NCBI GenBank assembly: GCA_049700215.1
Contig: JBNAVT010000024.1
Span: forward strand, 1 to 30,105
Origin: Thermoproteota archaeon
GTDB lineage: Archaea; Thermoproteota; EX4484-205; JAAOZP01
Length of the DNA: 30,105 nucleotides
Reading direction: 5' to 3'
Shown here: positions 7,967-15,545 of the stretch, piece after piece
How the letters are laid out: the number at the start of each line of letters is the position of its first letter
Numbering within the stretch: the first letter of the stretch is position 1
The notes under the pieces: generated by a model
Told to the model about the DNA's origin: nothing
Databases searched by the model: none
The model's input: the letters and a program-made list of their open reading frames with translations, nothing else
Translations under genes and position numbers: made by a program

Positions 7967-10138
7967 TCAGCAGGATGATGCCGGTTTTTCCTTCACAAGC
8001 TCCAGAACTTTTCTCCTGAAAGACAAGTAGGCCCTCGTAAACTCTTCCAGGGTCTTTACGCAGGGGCCGTAGCTCGGCCAATCTCCTATTCTGACTCCCC
8101 TATCGCCATAGTTTCCAACTACCCCAGCCTCTTTCAAAAGGCTGTTTAACTCCGGGGAGGCCTCGTACGCTTTCACAAAGTCTTCAACGCCCGTGAGAAT
8201 CTTAAGAGCTTCCTGGTCTATTCCACGACTGATAGAATCCTCATAGTCATCCATGTTGAAGCCCTCTCTAAGAGCCTCCTTAACCACGGCCAGCTGGTGA
8301 TTTGGAAACTCAGTGTTTGTAACGTTCCTCTTTGAAAGGGTTAGAAAAGTGTCTTCAGGCTTACGCTTAGACGCAGGCAGCAAGTCTATCCTGCTGATGA
8401 TTAACTCCGCGCTCCCACGCGGTATCCCGTACCTCCTAATCAGGTACTCCACCCATTTAAACCTGTTAAGCGGCGAGAACATTATCTCATAGACTCTTCT
8501 TGCAACAAACGTCCCCGCCATTTTCACAGCGTCTTCAAAAGTCTTCAAAGTATTGAGGACTTGCTCTCTACCGCCGTAAGCCCCGGTTGAAACAAGAGTC
8601 TTAACGAACACCTCGTTAAGAAGACTTCCACCGAGAAGCCTCCTACTGGTAAGCGTATCCACTTTTCCCTTAAGGTCCTTCAGCCTGAAAACTGGTTTCT
8701 CCTCGCCCCTCATTCCAAGTCCGCCAGCCATCTCCTCCAAAAGAGCCTCGCAATCGCTACGGCCCAGCTTTTCAAGCGCTTTAAGCAAGAGGCTTGCAGC
8801 AATGCTTTCCCTAAGGTGGTCCTCAAGCCTCCCACCCATGTTAGTAACGTATGTCTGCGTAGGGGCAACGCCCCTCCCCATGGCTACAGCCATCCCCTCC
8901 ATGGCGGCAACCCCAAGAATCACTTCCTGCGACACCGTGTAGCTGAGCGTGATGTTTTGCCCTATCCCAGCCTCATTGATTCTCCTAACTATCTCCACCG
9001 AGGAAGGGTAGGCGGCTGCAACCTTTATAACGAGGTTTGGCCTGCCTTTTTCACGAGGCTCCCTGTAGCCCCAGAACAGGTACTCGTCGTAAACCCTTAA
9101 ATCGTTCTCCAGCTTCTCAGCGAAGCTCTTTGCTGCAGCCACACTTTTCTCCACGTCGTCCGCAATCAACGGGTTTAGCTGATAACTTACAAGACCATCC
9201 TGGTATTTCGACAATACGAATGGTACTCTGAAGACGTGGAAATTTTCAAGCAGGGCGAACCTCGTCGCCTCCATCGTTATCTCGTCAGCATGCTTCTCTG
9301 GTTCTGAGAACCATTCCGGATATTGTTTCCCCAGCTCTTCTTCAACATGCTTCTTAAAAGACTCCCACAAATAATGATCATCCTCGTACGCTAGCGCTGC
9401 AAGCACAGGATTTGTTGAAACCTGCACATATCCCAAGTGCCTCAACCATCTTAAGCCCAGGGCATAATCGTTTCCAAACTTGCAAAGGCCCTTCGCGTAA
9501 GCAATGTAGTAAAAATTTTGATTCAAAGTTTTCTCAACAGCCCGAACATAGCTTTCCGTCAAGGATCCTGTTTCAAGATCATTCTCTATTTCCTTCGCCA
9601 TCCATGCGACAAGGCTATTCCCCCTGTTCACAAGCCTCATTCTCTCAAGCTGGCTTGCTAAAGTGCATCTTAAAACGGTTGGTTCACCCAGTTCTTCTTT
9701 CTCCAGTCTCTCACACTCCTTCAAGAAGCCGGTAAGGATCCCGGCTGCTTTCGACGCTTCCTCACCGGAGAAGCCGGCCCATGTTTTTTCAACACCCTTC
9801 AGGTTCCAAATCGTTTCAAACAGCATGTCGTAAATCCTGTTTCTAGTAACAATAGCCGCACTAAGCTTTTCCTCATCAGTCTGCCCTCGAGAGCCGGCTC
9901 TAGCGAAGACTGTTTCAAGCCTCTCTGTTAAAGAGCTCGCCGTGTCAACAAGCATCCCCTTAAGCTCAGGGTGCAGAATATGATCTGATGCGAGTTTAGT
10001 ATGTCCGTCTAAAGCAGTCTTAACCACATGGTCCACATGGTCTACGCGGAAGGGGACGGGTAGGTTTAGCGGCGATGGAAACGACCTTAATACGACTTCC
10101 ATCACATAATTGTAGGAAACACGGCTGTATGTTCCCAT
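7967..10138 (-). CDS. Large transaldolase-family protein (about 720 aa) with N-terminal extension
   Basis: GNDY, VSTNP, VSYQLNP, NLVIKV (Schiff-base Lys), QNITLSY, TNMGGRLED, PASKR. Start ATG 10138 chosen from the TATA box GAAAAACTTATAAG (10178-10165). Confidence 0.8.
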   Translation of the reverse strand: MGTYSRVSYNYVMEVVLRSFPSPLNLPVPFRVDHVDHVVKTALDGHTKLASDHILHPELKGMLVDTASSLTERLETVFARAGSRGQTDEEKLSAAIVTRNRIYDMLFETIWNLKGVEKTWAGFSGEEASKAAGILTGFLKECERLEKEELGEPTVLRCTLASQLERMRLVNRGNSLVAWMAKEIENDLETGSLTESYVRAVEKTLNQNFYYIAYAKGLCKFGNDYALGLRWLRHLGYVQVSTNPVLAALAYEDDHYLWESFKKHVEEELGKQYPEWFSEPEKHADEITMEATRFALLENFHVFRVPFVLSKYQDGLVSYQLNPLIADDVEKSVAAAKSFAEKLENDLRVYDEYLFWGYREPREKGRPNLVIKVAAAYPSSVEIVRRINEAGIGQNITLSYTVSQEVILGVAAMEGMAVAMGRGVAPTQTYVTNMGGRLEDHLRESIAASLLLKALEKLGRSDCEALLEEMAGGLGMRGEEKPVFRLKDLKGKVDTLTSRRLLGGSLLNEVFVKTLVSTGAYGGREQVLNTLKTFEDAVKMAGTFVARRVYEIMFSPLNRFKWVEYLIRRYGIPRGSAELIISRIDLLPASKRKPEDTFLTLSKRNVTNTEFPNHQLAVVKEALREGFNMDDYEDSISRGIDQEALKILTGVEDFVKAYEASPELNSLLKEAGVVGNYGDRGVRIGDWPSYGPCVKTLEEFTRAYLSFRRKVLELVKEKPASSC

Positions 10139-10318
10139 ATGGCGTTTGTCCAACCGGGACAGACCTTATAAGTTTTTCTAAACGTTGATTTGCCCGAGCA
10201 GCCAATAAACATAAAACTTAAAACCCTTTAATATGAAGCAGCTTGAATTGTTAGTTCTCAGATTATCCGGATTCAGCGGGGCTCAAGCATTTTAACCAAA
10301 CCTCTTGACGAGCCAGCT

Positions 10319-11536
10319 CTATGCGGCAGGAGGAATTATATTCATCCTCGTAGACAGGGTGAAAAGATACTTGTCAGAGTGTAGAAAAGAAGATTCTCCG
10401 AAGAACGCGACATATTCTTTCTGCTTTTCGATCTGGTAAACGTAATCATCACCCTGCTTAAGCAGAGGTAGAGAGAACCATGTTGATCCCCTGAAGTCCA
10501 TGTTTTTCGAGGAGGCGAGCCACCCGTCAACATACAGAGGCTCTTCACTGGAGCTTAGCTTGAAGCTGACGCGCCTGTTTTCATCTTTTTCAATCCTTAC
10601 TTTCGGAAGGCTCTTATTCGAAACTATTGAGTGTGCGAATGCTGAGATCGAGTTAACAACCCTCCGCTTGTCTTCTAAAGCATGGCCGGAGTTCGGCACG
10701 TACAGGAGGTATTTCTCACCCAATAAAGCGTCAAAGTAAAGGTTTGAAGAATCAACCGTCCAGTACCTGTCGTTCGTCCCGTTTACGATCAGCTTCGGAA
10801 CCTTCAAATTCTCCAAGTAATTAAACGGATCTATGATTTGAACCAGTCTCTGCCCGGTTTCAGAGAACATGCGCTCCTGAAGCCCCAGCCTAGTGTAGTC
10901 CTGAATAAGTTCACTGTAGCCCCCGTAGCATTCGAGCTGATGCTTCATCTGCCCGATAATATTGAGATTATCGAAGACTAGCGGGATTATTCCAGAAACC
11001 CTCTTGTCTACAGCAGCTAAGAGCCAGGTGGTCCATCCCCTTTTCGAAGCCCCGGTGACTATGAACCCTTTTAACTTCCCCAGCCTCGTCTCCAGAAAAG
11101 CCTCCGCCATATCAATCGCTTTCTTAGCGGATTTCACCATTGGAAGAAGAAGGGGCCATTCTTCACCCTGGTTTTCCAAAAATTTAAGGAAAGTGTATGA
11201 AACCAATCCATCCTCGTATAGCCCGTTGAACAAGGGCTGGTTTGGAACATCGTGGAGAATTACACATGGAAGAGGCAGCATGCGGGAAAAAGCCTTGCAG
11301 AAGACCAGCTCCTGTAAACCGGGGCCGCTTCCAGTTATCAGCAGTAGGATGTGGCTGTGCTCTATTCTTTTAGGAATTGATATGCTCACCCTGTGAGACC
11401 ACAAGTAGTCTCTCCATTTTTGAGACTCGAGGTTAACAGCATACGTGTCGAAGCCTCCTTCTTCACGGGAACCTTCAATCTTCCACGAGTAACACCCGTC
11501 TTCTCTCCAAACATACTCGCTTAATACGTTGGACAT
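10319..11536 (-). CDS. PqaA (PhoPQ-activated pathogenicity-related) family alpha/beta hydrolase
   Basis: VPNQPL, LYEDG, WPLLLPMVKS, TGASKRGWTTW (Ser elbow), NGTNDRYW (Asp), VPNSGH (His). Confidence 0.88.
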   Translation of the reverse strand: MSNVLSEYVWREDGCYSWKIEGSREEGGFDTYAVNLESQKWRDYLWSHRVSISIPKRIEHSHILLLITGSGPGLQELVFCKAFSRMLPLPCVILHDVPNQPLFNGLYEDGLVSYTFLKFLENQGEEWPLLLPMVKSAKKAIDMAEAFLETRLGKLKGFIVTGASKRGWTTWLLAAVDKRVSGIIPLVFDNLNIIGQMKHQLECYGGYSELIQDYTRLGLQERMFSETGQRLVQIIDPFNYLENLKVPKLIVNGTNDRYWTVDSSNLYFDALLGEKYLLYVPNSGHALEDKRRVVNSISAFAHSIVSNKSLPKVRIEKDENRRVSFKLSSSEEPLYVDGWLASSKNMDFRGSTWFSLPLLKQGDDYVYQIEKQKEYVAFFGESSFLHSDKYLFTLSTRMNIIPPAA

Positions 11537-11570
11537 TAGAGTGTATTAACAATGTTCAAACTTTTAAATT

Positions 11571-12638
11571 TTACTTTGCAACAGCCCTGTATTTGTTCGC
11601 CGCATCGTATAGAGTCAGAATGTTTTCAATCGGCGTGTTTCTGAGAATCGTGTGGCTCGGCCTCAACGTGTACCCGGTTGGGCCAAGAATCCTAATGGCC
11701 TCCTTGACTTCCTGCTCTATCTCAGCCCTGTTTTTAAACGGGAGTGTTTGAACACCTATTCCGCCCTCGAAACTAAGTTTTTCACCATACTTCTCCTTTA
11801 TTTCCGCAATATTCATGCTCTCCGGCTGTAGGGGTTCTAAAACGTCTACGCCTATTTCAATCAGGTCCTGGACAATCGGCTCAATCCAGCCGTCGCTGTG
11901 AAAATGAAAGAAAGCTCCCCCCTTATGTATCACGTCGGCAAGCCTCTCATACCTTGGTTTCAAAAACTTTCTCCACTGGGTAGGGGAAACCAGCATGGTT
12001 GTCTGCGCGCCAACATCATCACCATTGTAAACCTGGTCTACACCTGCTTCAACGAGAAGCCTAGCCTGCTTACAGGATAGTTCGAAAAGCCTATCTAGGA
12101 CGAACTCTACTTTTCTAGGCTCACTAACCATCAGTTTAAAAATCTCGTTATACCCGAATAGTGCGCAAGCCGTTTCAAAAGCCTGCAGGGTAAAACCTAC
12201 AACGCAGTACTCCTCGTATCTTCTTCTAAACTTTTCAACCTTCTCAAAATCCTCTTCCCTTATTTCTGGGAAAGGATAGTCCTTTACCTCCATGTGTTTT
12301 AAAGGATGGTCTACGTAGAAACTAGTCAACCCGTTTCTGGAAACCATTGAAACAACACCCAAGTGGTTTCTGTGAAGAGCCCTACCCTGAGAGTCTTTAA
12401 AACTCTCCTCCTTAAAGCCGCCTTTCAAGCCAATTCCTATAGCGTCGATTCCAACATTTCCACGGTAATCTATTTTTAGAAGCATGTACAGCTTCTCCGT
12501 GTCCTCTAAACCAAGACGAGTCATCAGGCTCTTCAGAGGCTCCGGTGAGTCTATCCAAATATTGATGGGAACAAGGTCTATTTCCTCCCTTTTCACAGCC
12601 CTGTAGCACCTTTCCCTTGAACTATACCCTTTCTGCAT
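11571..12638 (-). CDS. Uroporphyrinogen decarboxylase/MtaA-CmuA fold protein of unknown function (copy 2)
   Basis: EIDLVP, NGDDVG, WRKFLKP, HFHSDGW, IGVDVLEPLQPE, FEGGI, GYTLRPSHTI. Confidence 0.85.
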   Translation of the reverse strand: MQKGYSSRERCYRAVKREEIDLVPINIWIDSPEPLKSLMTRLGLEDTEKLYMLLKIDYRGNVGIDAIGIGLKGGFKEESFKDSQGRALHRNHLGVVSMVSRNGLTSFYVDHPLKHMEVKDYPFPEIREEDFEKVEKFRRRYEEYCVVGFTLQAFETACALFGYNEIFKLMVSEPRKVEFVLDRLFELSCKQARLLVEAGVDQVYNGDDVGAQTTMLVSPTQWRKFLKPRYERLADVIHKGGAFFHFHSDGWIEPIVQDLIEIGVDVLEPLQPESMNIAEIKEKYGEKLSFEGGIGVQTLPFKNRAEIEQEVKEAIRILGPTGYTLRPSHTILRNTPIENILTLYDAANKYRAVAK

Positions 12639-12755
12639 CCTCCCGCGTGAGGAGAAGCATTATTTTAAATTTTTACTACGCCTGTTTAGAGTGAGACAGC
12701 TTAAATAAGAGCCCGCGTACTCGTTCTTGAACACCACGCTAGACTATTAGCAGCT

Positions 12756-15332
12756 CTACCGAACCAGTGGAACCTGAAACCCGCATTTAGGACACTTGCC
12801 TTCGGAAGTAACTCTCATGCTTAAAACGTTGAAACCTAAGCGTCTAATCAACAGTTCACTGCACTCAGGACACCACGTGTTCTCGTATTTATTGCCCGGG
12901 ACGTTTCCAACGTATGGGAACAACACGCCTAGGGATCTAGCGATCTCCCTAGCTTTCTCCAGGGTTTTAACCGGGGTTGGCGGAGCCTTAAACCTGTACT
13001 CCGGATGGTAGCGGGTGAAGTGGAGTGGCGTGTCAGGCCCCAGCGTCCTGAGATGAGTCTCAACCAATTGTCTAAGACGGCCCTCGTCGTCGTTAACCCC
13101 AGGAATCACTAGGTTAACTATCTCCACGTGGAGGCCTAGATCCTTGGCTCTCTGCGCATTCCTCCATACAACGCTTGCCTTAACCCCGCCGCAATACTTC
13201 TCGTAAACCTCCTCGTCACCCTTAACGTCGAACTTTATCGCATCCAGCCCTGCTTCGGCAAGGGCCTCCAGCGCTTTCAGCGTCATGTACCCGTTTGAAA
13301 CAAAAGTATTGTACAGTCTCTTCTCCCTAGCTAATGGGAAAAGGTCTAGACTGTATTCCAGCAGAAGAGTAGGCTCGTTGAAAGATATTGACGTTCCTTC
13401 GCAACCGCTTTTCAAAGCAATTTCTAAAAACTGTTCAGGACTAACATACCGAGCCCTTTTAGGGTTAGGCTTGTTCTTAGATATGTCGCTATTCTGACAA
13501 TTGGACACAAGAAAACCATTGGCGAAGAAATTATGCATCGACTCTGTTGTTGTCAAATCTCTTACGTCTGAAATCTCTACCGGTTCTATACTCTCAATAG
13601 ATTCCCAGACTAAACCTTCATCTCCAAGCTTAGACTCCTTAAGCCATTCTTGAAATTTTGGAATGTCGTATCCGCATGCCGCTCCAGTAGTCCTAGTGGG
13701 ATATCTAATCCATCGCCGAATGGCCGCCCTGTGGTTATTTTCACCAAGTTCATGAATTATTTTCGTAACCGAAAGACCAGCTCTTCTAAGTTCTAAAGCC
13801 TTCTCCCAAAGAGCCCGCCATCTTAATACACTCCTTTTCTTCATCAATAAATATTCAAACACGTATCTTGCTAGAATCTCCCACTCCTTATTATACCTGT
13901 AACCCACCTTTCCATAGAGATTCAGCAGATTTTCCAGGCTATTAGAAAACAACACGTAGATACATAAAGTTTTTTGACCGTTTTCCCTAAAAGGGCCATG
14001 ATGATTGTTAATACTGGTAATTTTTATTCCAAACTCGCTTGCTAACTGTCTTAGTTCATGCACAAATTCTATTCCATTCTTGTGTAATTTCTCTAGTTTG
14101 TTCAGGGAGAACCTTGGTTGGAAAAAGCTTTTACCAGATGGGCCAACTCTCGGTTTCGTTAGTTCACAGCCAAAAAAAGCTGCCAAGAATTCTCGTTTTA
14201 TTGATCTTGCGGCTTTAAAGAGCCAGCTCGGAATATGGTAAGCGGAAGCCGCCTTGTCACCTATGGGTACTCCGAGAGCAGTCATGAGAATCCATAAAGG
14301 TTTGGAACTGCATTGCATCCACACGCTTTTCCTTGAAATGACATGTGTTTTGCCATAGCGAACGATTTTAGAAATCTTTGGCTTTTTGATAATTTTATTT
14401 GAACCAAATCCAAGTTTTTCCAAGTCTTTCCTTATGGTTTGGAGATCCTCGTATGTACCTGTGAAAACTGTAGAAACACTATCCCTTATTCTTCGATGGC
14501 TTAGCGTCAAATAACCATCGCCGAACAAATGTCCCATAAGTCTAGCTATTATTGGGAGCTTTTCGTTGTCTAACCTGAGAGGTAAAAGGGATCTCTCCGT
14601 TAGCACGTTGATAATCTCGGCTTCATTCGACCGCGGAATATATTTTTTAATAAGTTTTTTTATCTCGTCCACAGTCACAATTACCTCAGACGGAGGCGGA
14701 TCCTTTTCTCGTGTAAATTGCGGCATCGGGTAAACGGCGACCCTATCTCCTATCTTCAAATCCTTTAACGGCAAGTAGCCGTTTGTGGTGTAGAACGGAT
14801 GTTCTTCAGTAGCGATGATTTCGCGTCCAGTTTCTTTTGTAACAATCCTGAAAGATCTAAGCCCCTTTGAGCGAGGATCAATCTTGAAATACCTCGCTAT
14901 TTTTGATGTGGCCAAGGTTTTATCCTCGAGATTACAGGTGACAATTTCATGGTGCTTCCAACATTTTTCGAGCCCGCCGATTGGAATAGTGTAACTATCG
15001 TTCAAGAGCACTTCCGTGCTAGGATCTAGACACCAAGGGCAGGAAAAGTTGCAGCTCCACGTTCCCACGGTAAGCGCGTAGCTGCCCGGGTGGAAGTGGA
15101 AAAAGGGCTTTTTCTCAATAGGATTTACCGAAATGGAGGATATGTCTCCGTAAACAATCGTGTATAGTTTTCCCTCAACGTTCACCCTGGTGCCGCAGAA
15201 TCCTTGAGAACCTTCTTTAATTCTACACTGGCGTTCGCAAGCCAAGCATACTGTCTCGTCAACCCCTGTCTTCTCGTAAAACCTTGCTTCCCTAACTGTT
15301 GGGAAACGTGTAAGCTCAGCCCCCTGCTTCAA
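12756..15332 (-). CDS. amrS: AmmeMemoRadiSam system radical SAM enzyme (PFL-activase-like), intein-containing precursor
   Basis: CLACERQC, GFCGTR, NPIEKKPFFHFHPGS, and spliced CNFSCPW|CQNSDIS; SFNEP, FVSNGY, PLHFTRYHP, YVGNVPG, TWCPEC, CPKCG. The spliced length is 347 aa, normal for this family. Confidence 0.9.
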   Translation of the reverse strand: MKQGAELTRFPTVREARFYEKTGVDETVCLACERQCRIKEGSQGFCGTRVNVEGKLYTIVYGDISSISVNPIEKKPFFHFHPGSYALTVGTWSCNFSCPWCLDPSTEVLLNDSYTIPIGGLEKCWKHHEIVTCNLEDKTLATSKIARYFKIDPRSKGLRSFRIVTKETGREIIATEEHPFYTTNGYLPLKDLKIGDRVAVYPMPQFTREKDPPPSEVIVTVDEIKKLIKKYIPRSNEAEIINVLTERSLLPLRLDNEKLPIIARLMGHLFGDGYLTLSHRRIRDSVSTVFTGTYEDLQTIRKDLEKLGFGSNKIIKKPKISKIVRYGKTHVISRKSVWMQCSSKPLWILMTALGVPIGDKAASAYHIPSWLFKAARSIKREFLAAFFGCELTKPRVGPSGKSFFQPRFSLNKLEKLHKNGIEFVHELRQLASEFGIKITSINNHHGPFRENGQKTLCIYVLFSNSLENLLNLYGKVGYRYNKEWEILARYVFEYLLMKKRSVLRWRALWEKALELRRAGLSVTKIIHELGENNHRAAIRRWIRYPTRTTGAACGYDIPKFQEWLKESKLGDEGLVWESIESIEPVEISDVRDLTTTESMHNFFANGFLVSNCQNSDISKNKPNPKRARYVSPEQFLEIALKSGCEGTSISFNEPTLLLEYSLDLFPLAREKRLYNTFVSNGYMTLKALEALAEAGLDAIKFDVKGDEEVYEKYCGGVKASVVWRNAQRAKDLGLHVEIVNLVIPGVNDDEGRLRQLVETHLRTLGPDTPLHFTRYHPEYRFKAPPTPVKTLEKAREIARSLGVLFPYVGNVPGNKYENTWCPECSELLIRRLGFNVLSMRVTSEGKCPKCGFQVPLVR
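13500..15032 (-). mobile_element. Intein (511 aa) with LAGLIDADG/DOD homing endonuclease
   Basis: Block A CLDPSTEVLL (codon 15032-15030), block B ATEEHPF, endonuclease motifs LMGHLFGDG and FLAAFFGCEL, block F VRDLTT, block G HNFFANGFLVSN|C (Asn codon 13502-13500). Several lines are visibly more AT-rich than the exteins. Confidence 0.95.
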
Positions 15333-15545
15333 CAGGTTTTTAAACGGCCTTCAGCGTAAAAGTCTTTCCGTATGAAGCTACCGTCATATAGATTTTTTAG
15401 CTTTAAGCTTTTTATCCTTAAAAGCGCGCGCTAGGATTTTTTGTAGAGAAAAGGTGTATGTGGAGGAAGAGGATTATTGAGGCTTATTGCGAGGAAAAAA
15501 TGGGTTGAGGAGTAGGATTTTGTGCATGATTCTTGAGAAGACGAA

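Noticed and set aside
8939-8941. Tyr in NITLSY initially read as the FSA catalytic tyrosine, which would make the large protein a straightforward F6P aldolase
   Set aside because: The FSA Tyr131/TalB Phe178 lies in the next strand (xPYVNR/SPFVGR), where this protein has Met.
10211-12710. Orphan plus-strand TATA-like elements (about 10213-10223 and 12697-12709) and partial C/D-box-like words in intergenic gaps
   Set aside because: No downstream gene or complete RUGAUGA/CUGA pair. AT-rich gaps generate such matches by chance.
15333-15545. Purine-rich intergenic stretch with a 16-codon ORF (MWRKRIIEAYCEEKMG) and the 15487-15828 ORF
   Set aside because: There is no recognisable product, and the longer ORF is mostly antisense to GH20.
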